Of a stretch of 64,000 nt of DNA, positions 25,201 through 39,700 are shown one piece after another (the stretch's first letter is position 1; each line of letters opens with the position of its first letter). This DNA comes from Daphnia carinata (taxonomy: Eukaryota). Under the pieces are notes generated by a model. It ran no database searches. It was not told the DNA's origin and saw nothing but the letters and a program-made list of their open reading frames with translations. Location of the stretch: assembly GCF_022539665.2 (NCBI RefSeq), contig NC_081331.1:1860001-1924000 (forward strand), read 5' to 3'. The position numbers and the translations under genes were made by a program.

Positions 25201-26544
25201 CAATGGCGCCGTCGGCAAGTCCAGCATGATCCAGCGCTTCTGCAAAGGCGTCTTCACCAGGGACTACAAGAAGACGATTGGCGTCGATTTTCTCGAACGG
25301 ATCATCGAGTATGGACCCATGCATAATCAAACTGTTTCCCTATATAACGTCATCCTCCTCTTACATTTTGTTTTTGGCTTGATTTAGGGTCAACTGCGAA
25401 GAGGTACGGCTGATGCTGTGGGACACGGCCGGCCAAGAGGAGTTTGACGCCATCACTAAAGCTTATTACAGAGGCGCCCAGGCGGCGGTTCTGGCTTTTT
25501 CCACCGTCGATCGTGTCTCGTTCGACGCCATCCGCTCGTGGAAGAAAAAGGTGGGTTCTTTCCGCGCTCGTTTTTGTACGTGTGATTTAGAGACGATGAG
25601 GTCCGGGGAGAAAGAAAACAAAAATAAGGAAACACACATAATAACATACCACCATGTGTCTATAATGATGACGATCATTTCCAATCGAAAACACGAAAGA
25701 AAGAGGAACGAGTTAATGGAAATCGCCAAAGTTCTATCGATATGGCGAAAAGAAATTTGTGGGCTGCGTCTGTGTGTTTTGTTTATTTATTTATTTATTT
25801 TTTTCAAATCCCAATTTCAAAAATTTGTTTAAAGGTGCGGTTGGCTATTTGGAAGAATGAAAAATGTTTTATTTGCTTATTGGGGAATTCAGGTGGAGGA
25901 CGAGTGCGGTGAGATTCCTATGGTGATTGTTCAGAACAAAATCGATCTGGTCGACCAGGCCGTCGTTGATGCGTAATAAACATTTATCACGAAATTTCTT
26001 TCACGCAGAAAAAAAAAATGAGAAAATCCTAATATTTCTTTTATTTGATTACAAACAAAATCAAACAGCGAAGAAGTGGAAATGTTGGCACGCGAGCTCC
26101 ACTGTCGCCTGTACCGCACGTCGGTCAAGGAGGATTTGAACGTCAGTCAAGTGTTTCAATATTTGGCGGAAAAATATCTCAGTCAGCTGGACGCTTTGGA
26201 CGATTATTGCACGGAACCACCTCGTTCCATCACCATAGGTAAGTGGGCACTTTCATTTACATTTTGTTTTTGTTTTTGTTTTGCAGTTTTGCTTTTACAT
26301 TGCGGGATGCTCACTTTGCTTTTGTTCTGTTGATTGCGCACCGCTGAAATCAATAGATGCTTTCGTTCCGCATTCCGGGAACGGATTCAACGGCCACCAG
26401 GACACGAAAGTTCAGCGATTCCAGCGCTGGGCTTCGCGTCTGCCGCACATCGTGGATCGGGATACCATTCGACTGCAACCGTCCAACCGCAAGAATAAGA
26501 TAATCATTACGAAAAACAAACTGAAGAATGCCTGCTCTTTCTGA
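22263..26544 (+). CDS. RAB23: Ras-related protein Rab-23, ~251 aa, 6 coding exons
   Basis: Exons 22263-22295 (MREEDLEIAVK), 25187-25308, 25388-25550, 25893-25972, 26069-26238, 26357-26544 join in frame. GNGAVGKSS, DYKKTIGVDFLE, WDTAGQEEFDAITKAYYRGA, QNKID and RTSVKED are Rab23-type motifs. Confidence 0.94.
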
Positions 26545-29500
26545 GTATACACAATTTATACGCGAAAAAACACAAATATCAATCAAGAAAGGAAAAAAAA
26601 AAAGGTGGGGCGGAAAAGAAGAGAATGCAAAACAGCTAATTGGATGCGAAGAATAAAATAGCGGAGCAGCAGCAATCAAACGAGAATGATATCGTTAACC
26701 AAAAGAAAAAAAAAGAAAAGAGAGAGAACGATGGAGAAACGCGGCAACAGCTGATGGTGAAAATGACGAGACAACAACACACAGATGCACAAACGTTATT
26801 TTGATGCTCTTTTTTTTTTTTGTTATTATTTAGAAAGAGAGAGGAAACAAAAAGTGGAATGGCGTAGGGTTAGGGCTACTCCTCCTGTTATTAGCTATAT
26901 CCTGCTACATCTAGCTTTGCTTATTTTTGGCATTCGTTCTGTCTATTTTGGTGCCCATTTGTTTTGTCGGTTCAAAGGAAAAACACGAGAGAAAACTGAG
27001 TTCTTTCTTTACACGGCACCTGGCTGCAGTTTGATACGTTATAATCAGCTGTTTGCTGCGTAACAAGCTTTAAACGAATAACAGGTTAGTCCCTAATTTT
27101 AAACTCCTCCGACAACAATCAACGAGTCCCCCTCCCTGTCTCTTTGTTGTCTACCATCTTTTTGTTTTCTTCTAAAGAAGAGAAAGAAAAATGATTTCAT
27201 TTCGGACCAACAGCTGCGGCAACTGCGCCAAGTCCTCCTCTTATTGCATGTGTGTTTTTTTTGTTTTTTTCTATAATGGGGTGGACTGTATATATTTACT
27301 GCTGCTATACAATCACCTCTTTTACTGTTCACTATCGCGAATGGACTGGTTTACCCCCCTCCAAGCAGGTGCCATGCCAAGCGACGACAAACGAAAGTCG
27401 CTCAAGTTCTTCTGTTTGTTTTTCTCTCTTTTAAAATATTTTTTGATTTCGGGCTGCTCTGTTTTATTTTTTATTTCATCGCGTCTTTCGTTTGTTTGTT
27501 TTTTTCCTTCATTCCGTTCTTTAACCTTCGTATGTCTCCCCTGTGTTAGTGATTGTACCAGATTCGAGGAGATCGGGCAACCCCTGTGACCGACTTCTGA
27601 TTATCTTTCTGTAATTTGTACATTGGAAAATCAACAGCAGGTAGAAACGTGGAGCCTAAACAATTGAAGAACAGTTTGTAACACCAAACACAAGAGATGA
27701 AGAAAAAGTCTATATTTAAATAATAGTGATAATGCGACAGAAATGCGATACCTTGTTGGATATTCGCACCCCTCCCCCCCCCCCCCCCCCCCCAACTTTG
27801 ATTTTAAACTATACAATACTACTATATGTCCCCCATTTTTAAAATAATTGTATTTCCAATTTTGGAACAAAAGTTGCGTGTCACATAACGATTGAATCGG
27901 AGAAAGAAATTGTAAATAAACCCAATAAGAAGATTGTCCGTGTTTTCACTCTTTTTCTTTTAGGCACGTTGTGTGTGTGTGCATACGTTTTATTAGCTGC
28001 TACACGCACGACTGGGCGATTGCCATCGAATTATGCAAATAGCGTCGTCGCTCGGTGTCGACCACATCGACGCACTGCGTGCTTGCGCATCACTTTGCGC
28101 AGCTCGAAATTCAGGAACAAAAAAAGACAGCTGGCGTAGACCGCCGCTTGTGCCGTCATCGCCGGTCGATTAGAGCCACAGGTGATTCGTTATTCACGAG
28201 CTGTTGGCCCGTACGAGATGAAAAAGGCGTTTTTATTTATTTATCTTTACGAGGTTTTTCTTACTTTGTTTTCTTCCGCATCCGCTTGATTGACCTCGTG
28301 AAATCTACCGCCACCTTCGCCTTCGTCTTCCCTTTTTTTTTTTTTTTTTTTTTAACAGTCAAACGCAATCTACGGTAGGGTCATTCAAATGTAAAACATC
28401 AGCAAGTAGAGATGATTAATACCGACATCCCTCCTCGTAGGCGATGCAACGATTGTGCCCCATGCTGAAATCTCGTTTGTCGCATAACTAACGATGCTGA
28501 CGGGCGATTAGAACAGTGGCCAATAAAGGCGTCAACAATTTTTCAGGCTCGTTCTTTTTCGTTTTCTAAACGAAAATCACATTCTTCTCTCTTTTGCTGC
28601 TGTACCTTATTCTTTACAGTTAGGCACGCAATCTTTTGCAACGTCGAGAAAAATCCCCTCACTCACCTTTTGTTTCCCCCGAAACGCTTTCACGGCCGAT
28701 TCTCTTTCTACAATACAACAGTGGGCTTGACAGGTGTGGCAGCTTCAGGTTCATCTTCGGCTAATGCATTTTTCCCACTTTTTTTTTCTTTCTAAAACGT
28801 TGTTTAAATGCATCAGCAATCTTGTTGGAAACAACGGCTTCTTGCACAGCTACAGGGGCTTCCATATTCAAGGGCCCTAGCAACGAGCTAAAGATTGACG
28901 AGAATGCGTCGCTGTCGTGTCTTGTCAGTTCTGCGCGATCGAGACAAGCAGCTGTTTTTCTTCGTGCCATGGCCGCGTGATTGGTGGGGTACCTAACCAG
29001 ACGATGGGTGAAAACGAAAAAAATGTTGCATATACAGTCAAGAACGCACGACGCTTAAACAACAAAGTGTTCGTGAATAAAGAAGTTAAAAGACGGCCCG
29101 ATCTATTGGCGCCCCCCCCTTTTTTTTTTTTTTAAACTAGCGCCATTGATTTAATTTGACGTGGGATTCCTTAGTCTCGATGACTGATATATATACCGAA
29201 CTTTAGAAAACTATAGAATGTGCGGCGGTTGTAACGCTGGCGGTGTAGGCCCCAGTCGTATCACATCATCAGGTAAGGAGCAGCGGGAGGTTGAGCACGC
29301 GCTCGTCCGCTTTCTACACGTATCTTGTCTTGTCAAGAATCTCAAGATAAAGCATCATAGGCCTCCAGTCAACTGATGTGCTTCTCTATTTTGATAAATC
29401 ATCCCCCTCCCCCCAACAATTTTTATCTAGTTTTGCAGTAGACCCATGGCTCGTTCCAACCGAAAAACACACGTGGTATCACCAAAAGGTAGACTCGTTA

Positions 29501-32500
29501 AAGAATGTTTATCATAGTGCCACATACATCGAGGTCAAAGACTTCTCGTTTTCGAATCTAGCAAAAGCGATTTATTGTGGAATATACGTTGACAAAGAAA
29601 ACGTCCAGAGGTAGGAGTTTCGGTTGTGATGCGCTACCCGATAAGGGTATCTTGCTTGACCAAGACCTGAACCACCTGAATAGATGTCGTTAGAAAGCTG
29701 TCGCTATGATTTGCGCTCTCCTATTTTTTTCCGAAAGGCACCTAGAATGAATTGCCATCAACTTTAACAGTTAGCAGGTTGTAAATTTTACGTATAGTAG
29801 CTAACAATGTAGCGGATGACGTGTGTTGCCTGATTTTTTAATCTCTTCAAATCTACCTCCCTACGTTTTTTTTTTTATTTCTCCTTTCTCTCTCGTGCTC
29901 GCCCCATTCTATGACCCCCATTAAGCAACAGTGCCCAAATCGGGCGAACGTGACTTTTGGAACTCACAAACCAGAGGTCCTTCAGGGTGTACAAATAAAT
30001 CAAACCGAAAATTCCCCCCATCAATCGCAAAAAAAAAAATTTTAGAAAGATTTTTTTTTCGTTTGTTGTTGAGCATGTCGCCGAAGTCTTTGATGTACAA
30101 TCTAGCCTTACATGGAATAAGAGTATTTTTTTTTCTTAGAAAAAAAAAAAGAAGTTTAACACCTGAGTTAGTCACGGGTCGTGCTCATAAAATAAGAGAA
30201 GTTGGAAATTCAAACGAACAGAGGCCATCGTAAGAAATTCATTTTCTCGGGATTGATGCTGTCGGACTAGTATAACAATTATGCTTGTCCGAACTATTAT
30301 ATCTGATGTGTCTCCGCTTTGTAATACGCACTACTTTCGAACACATTTTGAAAAAGAAAAAAACTAGAAAAAGATTCAGGACACTAAGCGGATTGAAAGA
30401 AACGGGACATTCAGTTCATGGCACTGAACGTTCGTTAGTCCAGTAGTTAACCAAACGTCTCTCCTACAGATATAAGAAAAAAAAAGGGAACCGGTTTGTT
30501 TTGTATCGTTGAAAACAGCGTCGGTCGACGGGCCGATGAGGACTAAGTGTCGTAATCATTAAGCCATTACCCGGTTAGTTAGTTAGTAACGAAAAGGAGA
30601 GCACAAGAAAAAAAAAAAAAAAAGAGTATTACATGTGTGGCGAGCAATTGACCATAGAGGTGGACAGAATGATTAGATGGGTGTGAAAATAAAACGGGGA
30701 GCAACAAACCAAAACTATCTGAAAGCCAACGGTAAACTGCGTCGAAGAAGAAAAAAAAAAACAACCGCAAAATGGAGACGGCAGAGTTTTTTCGCACGAG
30801 CACACCTTCGTTCTCACACCCGTCCTCTTTCTTCTCTCAAAGTCCACGTAAGGGTATAGTAGTACTATTTCCGTACCCCCTCTGCGTTCGCTCCTCCCTT
30901 CTTTAGTTGGCTCATCGTTTCACTAATTTACGACTGTCTTTCTTTCTTTTATCTTTCTTTTCTTCGCCTCGTCATATTCAGTGATTAACGTGCGACATCG
31001 TCAGCCGGCCGTCTTTTAACTTGCACATTATATTCTTCTTCTTTAAAAAAAAAAACATAAAGGATCGACCGACTGTTGTAACCATGGAATTAAGGGCGGC
31101 GAACCCAAAAGGATTTCTGTATTTTTTTTTTTTCACATTTTTGTTGGTTGTTTTTCTTTTTTGTTTGGGTTCTTTAATTTTATAGTTTAGTTTCCTTTTC
31201 TTTTTCTCTATAGACTCCCCACCTCCGCTTATAAATACAAATATCTTTTCATACATTTTTAATCAGCAGCTATGAGATGTATACTAGGCGTTTTTAATGG
31301 GGCCTCGTCTGACTGGCGCGCACACAAAAGCGATGATCAATCGCTTGTTTGGATTGCTGATCTTTTTTCTTTTCCTTTCTTTGCGGTGGGAATAGGGAAG
31401 ACAGAAAACGTATAATTTTTTTTTTTTTTTACTATCGGAAGATTGCGAAATAATAGATAAAAACCACACAGAGCGATACGTAACTCCAACATTTTCTTGA
31501 GGCGCAAAAGTCTATAGTATTTTTTTTTTTTTTTTCAAACATAGATAAATGAATATCGAGCGACATTAACTGAGATTTACATAATCGTTCATCATTGCCG
31601 TAATCATCGTTCATCTTTGCATTTACAGTTTTCTTTCGACCCTCTATTTTTTCTTTCGTTTTCCAGTTCTTGTTTGTTTCTCCTCTAGTCGTCCTATTTC
31701 ACGTATTTTATTTACCATAACCGGCAAAACTAGACGCTGTGGTGAAACCACGATTTGCCGATTTACATAGTTGACTTCATTTCGAACTAATTGGAACAAA
31801 CACTGCCATCAACTCTGATCACTCTCACAATGATTTCATCATGCCCCCTTTCTGTTGCACCCTCTGAACTAAAACAAAAGATTATAAGAAAGTTCCAGTC
31901 AGGTTTTTTCGTCGGTCAAACCCTAATCTAAAGTCGAACTACGTGGTGCATTTTCTTTTACGTTAATCATTTCTAATTTCATCGTCAACTATTTGTATCT
32001 GTCGTCCCCCCCGCAAAATGTTTGTGTTTGTAACGTTTTGCCGCCTTTATTATTCCCTTGATTTGCACGAAGCTCTTTCTTCTGCTTCGTTCTTTGCTCT
32101 CCCTCCATGAAGATCTTGATTGATTTTCTACGACGAATGCAAACAACGATACGCTCAAGCGATTCGTCTACGTGAATAAATCGGACGGTCTGGGCGCGGC
32201 GCTGGGCGTAGCTGGAACGTTCACAGTAAATTTGGTGTCTTCATTTGCCCGCCCGTGAAACAATTCCCAACAACAATGAAGGCGGCTGCCCGTTACAATA
32301 TAAAAAGACAGACAAATGCCTGACGTTACTTTAGTTTGATTCCGGGAAGAAAAAAAAATGTTGGGGCTAATGTCTAGCCTTGTAACGGAGTCCACGAGTT
32401 ATTACATCAGTGGTAGAAAGACCATCTTTGTTTCTCCCAATTCCTCCCACCTTCTTTGCTTTGCTGTTGGCGCACTGTAACCTGTCACGAATACCCAGCG

Positions 32501-34091
32501 GTCAAAAACTGCCTGTAACTTGCCATCGCCCAAATATGAAGTACCATTCGGCGCAACATTGGCCCGGTCTGACCGTAACATTGATCCGGCTTTCAACGTT
32601 TTTTTCTTTTAACACGTAAAAGAATAACAGTACGTCACTTTTGACTCATGTAAAAGAACGAAGAAGAAAAGAAAGAAAAACAATTAATTGAAGAAACGTA
32701 AAAAGAAAAAAAAATATGCTGACATCATTCAGATATTTTAGTTTTGGTTGCACGCGTCGCTCTACTGTGCATTAAGGTTCTTTTCTCCTGTTTCTTTTTA
32801 TTCAATTCAGACATTTCTGTTGAACGGATTTTCCTGTTTTTCTTCTGACTTGTCTTCATCCATTTTTTGCGGTTTGAATGGCTCTCGGTGATGTTGCATC
32901 ACGACTCAGTACTGTTTGCACGTTAGCCTTTAAGCGAAGACTGTACAAAATGTTTTTTTTTTTTTCCTGCTGGAAGTTTTAACCGGGAGCAACCGCATTC
33001 CTTTTTCACGAACAAGTAAACACGCGTTCAGCTTGAATGTTGGGTTTGGAGCGAGCGGTCATGCCAGTCATACTATCACGTGACGGGCCGATCATCGTCA
33101 TCAATATACGCGGCTATAGCACAAATGATGATGATAAACGTTTTTTTTTAACACTGGAAATGTTCCACTGCGAAATAGAAAGGCACTGAGCGTTTTTTAA
33201 AAAGAAGACATTGATTTTTAGTCTAACAGTATCTCCCATTTTGTTTGTGTTTCTTTTGAATTATCTTTTAAAGTAAGCGTGATGGCACTGAAACGCTTCG
33301 GCTTATGAAAAAAAAAAACTTGCTACCCTTGTCTTTAATTGTACATTGAATGTTGCCAACATCTCCGTTTTGACAAAGACAACATTTATAAGCAACTGTC
33401 TAGAGGACATTGAAGAAGAAGTAAACAGGCCCGATTCGAATTTCAGGTTGGAAATACCGGTAAGGCCGAAGACCTTCACGCAATAGCTATAGTAAACAAA
33501 CAGGAAGCTAAGAACCCAAAAAACGTATCGAATAATGAGCTGGTTTTGGGAATGGCGAAAGATAACGTAAATATTTGCATGAAGTTGTAAAACAACATAA
33601 ATAATGATGTAAGATGATTATCTTAGTAAAAAAAAAAAAATAAACACACAAATCCATTTATTTAATTTCATTCATAGAGGTATGCAAAACGAAATTCGAA
33701 ATCTTCAAATCGCCAACAACGAAGAGAAACACGGAAGACAACATTGAATACCAAAGAGAAGAGGTAAAATATAAAAAATGGTTGAGCAAACAAAAATACG
33801 TCGGGAACACTGCATCCAGAAAAAAAAAAAAAGATCATAATAACGATAGTAAATAGGATTGGCCGGCTGTTGGGGATAATGGCGTCGAGAGAAGTTGAGA
33901 TGAAACATTCCTATGAGTCTATCAAGTAGCTGACGTTTTCGGATGTGTCCAAATACAGCGCCCAGGATACCGTAGATGTAAAACAAGGAGCACACGAAGA
34001 AAGAGCGCAAGAGCACAGTAGAAACGATTGGCCGTTGCGTTGGCTATCTTTGATGTCTGCCCATAAAACACGTGCGCGATCCCATCCGCTT

Positions 34092-34597
34092 TCAATAAAA
34101 TCCCATCGAATGGTATTGCGCTGGCAACGGTGGACCTTGTCCGTAGAGGACGACTCTTTGTTGCGTCCGTCCTGGCATTGATGTTGGACGTACAGGAACT
34201 CGATTGTCGTAACCTGCGCCGTGTTGGACGGTGTACTTTGCCTGACCCATCCGATGGTAATAGCCGTTCGGATTGGAGAACCCATCATCGTAGATGCCAT
34301 ACCCTGGGTCATATTTATCGTAACTGGTTGCTGTAACGGTGCGGATGGCTACGGCTGTCATTAGAATGAAAGCCGAAAGCCACACCTAATGAAACAGAAT
34401 CGATGTGTGATGTTCCAACGTATGCACAACAGAGAAACAGAGAATGAAACATGTCAAGAAAGCAAACAGTTTATCTGAAATCTTATTCTGAACCGGTTGA
34501 AAAGACAATGGCGGGAGGTACGCGTTAAGTTCAAGATCCGAACAACGTTAAAGAAAAAGCGAAATAATTGTACCTGCTTGATGGTAGAAGAAGACAT
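34092..34597 (-). CDS. Small secreted Tyr/Gly-rich protein of unknown function, ~105 aa, 2 coding exons
   Basis: Exon 34597-34574 (MSSSTIKQ|gtac) splices in frame to 34385-34092 (ttag|VWLSAFILMTAVAIRTVTA-TSYDKYDPGYGIYDDGF...QYHSMGFY*). Hydrophobic signal peptide ending VTA. Confidence 0.7.
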
Positions 34598-36720
34598 GTT
34601 GGCCGGAGGAGCTCGCGTGAGATGCTTCGAATGTTGATGCCAGTCGCAGCTGTGAATGCCGTAGTTATTTTTGCGCCCGTGATGTTCTCTGCCCGTCTCT
34701 GGTCGTCTCGCTTGAATTGTGAATTCCAAGTCTGTCGGGCCCGCACCAGGTGTGTTGTCGAAACGAAATAAAGAAAAAAAGGGAACCAAATCGACGACGA
34801 TGACCTTCTTCTTTTTCGATTTGAAGGCCACAAACTACCTTCCCTCTCTCTCTTTGTCTTTTTGCTCCTATTCGAATTTTTCTTTTATAGCCTTTTTTTT
34901 CGGATTCATGTAGCTGCTGTTGTTTTGATTGAAAAAGGCAAGATCCCGTGATCGGATTTTTAGATGAGTACGGCTGTTTTTTTTTTTCTTTTTAAAGACG
35001 ACTATAAAGCAATAGGTTTAGATTTAGGGTACGGACACGCACTTGTCAAAAAAATCGAGTTTTCAATCACGTTCCCTTTTTACAAGCAGTTACAATGCCA
35101 ACACGAGCAATAATAGTAACATTCAGCATTCGGTAAACAAACACAAGAAAACTAGTCAAGAAAAGTAGATGATGAAAAAAGAATGAAAGAAAAATGCAAA
35201 TGGAACCAAGGTGCTAGTTGCAGCGAAGATAACCTTGCCCCACTACGAGTTTTTTGTGCTCATGCATAAATATAAATGTAACTGGCACGACACAACCATA
35301 ACTCTTTGCTCGACGAAGGGTGATATCTTTATCGTTTACCCCGCTATTTCAAAAAACAAAAAAATTTAAAATGTCCCTTAAGATAAAAGTAGAGCAACAC
35401 TGTTCACGGTTTCTTGTTGCTGAGTGATCAAACACGTCAACACAAATACGACACACACAAAAGTAAAAAAGACTTAAGGTCCTGCCCTGTTGCTCCAGCA
35501 GCATTCGACGGCCGAATGCTACCCAAGTCATTGAACTGTTGAATTTTTTTTTTCAACGAATTTTCTTTTCACAGCCTCTTCCTTTTTTTTTTGTGTTGAG
35601 GCTAACGAAAGGGAGGTCGACTATAAGGAAAGAGGGTGGTATGTATGTGTAGCCTATATAATAAGAGAGGCATACAACAGCTGCTGAATCGGCCTTCGTC
35701 TCTTCATGGAGCCGGAGATGACTTGAACAGCGACCTTGGGCACAGTCGCCCTTTCCATGTTTTCCTTCTGGGGGAAGTTTTTTTTTCTGTGTGACCATCC
35801 TCAACACCTTTCTTACCTGTGGAAATCCACGACTTACAAAAAAAAAAAATGCTGCTAGGTTGGAAACTCCGCGCCATCTGTGATTTGATGCTGGCATTGG
35901 AATAAAATGATGTAACCGCCATCCGTCCTCCGGATGTACTGTAAAAAAAAAAAAAAAAAACTTATAATGGTACGGCCGTAAATTGCGTTTTGCTTCATTT
36001 ACTCGACGGAGGTAGAAAACAAAATTGAGAGCGGGAGTCTTCTAGCTGATTTTAACGGCCAACCTTTATGGCCCATGCAGGTAGTTAGTAGTACAGTGGC
36101 TAGGGCAGACACGTCGCCGACCTCCTACGGTTGTTTTGTTTCACCTATAACATGGCCTTAAATAAATAAGCGACGAAATTGAAACCCAAAGAGACGTTCA
36201 GAATTATTACTCCTTTTTACGGCCAGCCACTTTAACTACACTTATACACAAAACAATATAAAGGCACTAGAAAGTTGAAAGTGTTTCATGTTGTATTGAG
36301 TTTCGTGTTTCTTTTCTTTGTTGATAAATGTATATACAGAGAACGATCGATACAGCAGCAATGGTATGTATAATATAGTTTGATATAAAAAAGGAATCTG
36401 AATATATGTATTTGACGAAAGGAAAACAAAAAATCATAAGAAGACTTGGGATTGAAGTTTGACTAACCATTTTTTTTTTTTTTTCGTTTACGGTCAACAT
36501 CTCGCGCGCACTGCGCTCCAGATGTTCCAGGAAATATAATTTGTTCATATCGATTTTTTTGTTGTATTTGTTTCTTTTTTTTCTGCCCCATCGCGTTATC
36601 GTACGATACTGGAATGGTCCCGAAAGATATGATCTTTTTGTCTAGAATCCAGAGTTAAAGCCCAAAAGCACGGACCGAAGATAGATTCACATTGGATTCT
36701 TGTGAAAATGTTTTGTTGCC

Positions 36721-39700
36721 CTAAATCTTGGACACTCGACCTGTTTAAATTAGATAAGATTATGTTTGTTACTCAGTGAACGAGAGAATGGGACCACAAA
36801 ATTTAGGTAGACAAGAAACATGAGGAAGCCTGTTCTTCATACCGTGAATGGAGGCCTCGTCTCCCAAGACGAGCATTTGACGGCTGCCAACCCGGCGAAC
36901 CATCAAGGCAGGACGTTGATTCTGTCCGCTCTGATTGGAATAATCTATCGATCCACGGCGACTGGGTGGTTGGCTACAGGATCTGTAACGAGACGGAGGT
37001 GAACCCTCGCAATCGGATAAATCATGATCTCCATCCACACTCCTATTAAAATAATAAATGCGAATTAAACGAATTAATTACTAATTATTCCACAGGTCAT
37101 TATTAAAATTTGTAAAGACAAAAAACTGCGTTTAGTCAGAGCATAATACCTAGCACCAGTGTGTAACCGACTGTGAGTCGGATAGACGGGATAAGGCACC
37201 ATGGGAGGATCGAAGACATCATCGCGATGATGACAACAAGAGCCTGATGGACTTGGGTAATTGGCCATAGCATCGAGACATTGATCGTGTAGACTGTGAC
37301 TACCTCTCCGACTGCTGTGTCGGGACAGCGAAGTGGACAGACCCAAACACAATCCCATGGCGGGATCCTCTGCGTTAGCAGCGAACGATTCGTTATGTCC
37401 TCCAGGTAAGTCCACTGGAAAATCGTTGAGTATAAATCATTTTGAATCACAGGTATTTTCATGAAAGCAATTACTGTCGAGGTCAGTGGTGTAAACAGAT
37501 GAGCCCGCGCATCGATTATTCGGGAAATTATGAAGACTCGGCTGCATGCACTTGCTAGTAAACTGCGAAAGAACAGCCAAATTACGTGATTCTTGACGAT
37601 GAACGGAGATCTCGTACACTTTACGGCCGTAAAGTATCAACAAAATGGTCTTGGCGCACAGGATATTACCCACCACAATGGCAGGCTCCCTGAAATCGAA
37701 ATACAAAATGTCAAAAAAACCGAAAATACGTCAACGCAAGACCATAAATTATACCTGGCTTTATAGGACGCTTGAGTGGCAATCAGAGTCCAGATGATGG
37801 TGAAGAAGGCCAATAGGGCGCAACAGGCCGTTGTGGAGCGACTATCGCGAGGAGCATCGGTGGATCGCCAAACGACCAATGAGAAGAGAGTGGCCGTGAA
37901 GAGCAAGATGATGGGCAAAATGAGCGAAATGATCAATTCCGATTCGAAATTCTCTGCCGGTGAGCAGCGCCACAAAGCTCCGCCTTGATACTGTTGCATT
38001 TGCAATTGGATCATGGGCGATGGGACGGCTTCCGGTGGCTTAAAAATGAGCCAAGCTGACAGCAAGATGACCTGAACAGCCACTAAGGTCATAGTAGTAA
38101 ATACAAGGCCAGGTGGTTTGGTAGCGTCGGTCAAATCGAACGACCTAGACGTCGACGATGAGCAAGAAAACGAAGTCGATGACATGACGTTGGTTCCGCG
38201 GTTGATGCGACGCCAGGCGTGAACAGTGCGGACCACAAGTCCCGAATAAATGATAGCGTAGGATAGACCGAGGAAGAATCGACGCAATCCGCAAGAGACG
38301 TCACTCGGCTGGATGAGGAAAAAGATGGTCGTGATGTACAGTAAAGCAATTCCAGCCAGGATGAAATAACTCAGAACAGAATTGGGCGACGGCTTGGGCA
38401 AGTTGCGGATGAAGAAACTGGCGCACGCCATGCAACTTAGTAAACCTAAAACGCAGAAAATAATGGCGACAACACCCCAGGCAGTAGCGAAGTTAGTGGG
38501 CACTTCCGGAGTAGGTGATTTGGACGATTGCGTCGGGATTCCGCGATTATTGCTCGATCCAGACTGACTTTGCGATGCTTGGGCAGAGCAAACGGACATG
38601 CACGTTCCTTGCAGGCATTCAATGGATGGAACAGCTGCGTATGGGACATAAAATTTCATTTGACTTTGGTCCACTTCCAATCGACCATGACGCCAGAATC
38701 CAACGCGTTCGTAATGGGCTGATTTCTCCGAGTAATATTGAACGTTCCAAACGACAACGCCACGATAGCCGCTCCGTTTTTGTTGCTGTTCCACTCCTGG
38801 AGATAATGGATTTTGCTGCTGTCTGTTTGAGTAAGGCTCACGCTTAACCATGTCGTTAAGGACGGCGTTGAAGCGCTCCTGCGAGTTGGGTCCGCAATCG
38901 CTAAACTGGACAGCTTCCGTTCCGGCGGCGCAGTAAAGTTGCAAGAACTCGTGCAGAGCTCTGACATAAGTCTCGACGGCCGCCATCGTATGGTAGACGT
39001 AAGGATCCTGTTCGATTTGGGACAGTTCAAAGTATTCAGAACCCGTGCACGATTTGGGGTACATCCGTTGACTGACTTTGCTGCCCAGCAAATGACATTC
39101 AAAGTGATGTTGGAAATATTCTTCAAACCAATCGGTCGGGATTGTCGAATGATTCTCCAGCGTCATTCCGGCTAAGAACTGATTGAATCCTGGAACGAGG
39201 TACGTTTCCATCGACACTGTCAGGACACCAGCCAATTTACGGCCGGACGTTGGATGGAAAAGGATGTCGTGATGGCTACCCCAGGCGTGATTAGCCAAAA
39301 CAACGAAGCGATTACTAAGACCGACATCGTCCAGCACTTGGAGAACGTGTTGAACTTGAGCAGGATTGTCCAGCAGTAAGACTGCCACGGACAAGACGGG
39401 AAGGTCGGATGCGATAGCTTCCAGCAACGAATGAAGATTGACTGTTTCGCCAGCGTGGCCGAACTTGTTGACGCGGACCTGAGCACCGATGCAAACTTCG
39501 TTTCCTGATTGACGGACGAGCTGGAGGAAAAGGTCGCGATCGGACGATCCGGCTTGGCTATCGTCGTAGAAAATTATGGCGTGTTTCCATGCCAATCCGC
39601 GAACAATGTCGAACAAAGCCTTAACTTCATCTTCTGGCGTCGGAACGGTTTTGATGATTTGATTCCCGCCCAGCGAGTGCCACGTTTTCTCCTTGCTACT

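Noticed and set aside
37637..37754. C-terminus of the 1312-aa ORF taken as the receptor's end
   Set aside because: It reads through an intron. Splicing 37755>37689 supplies TM7 in another frame.
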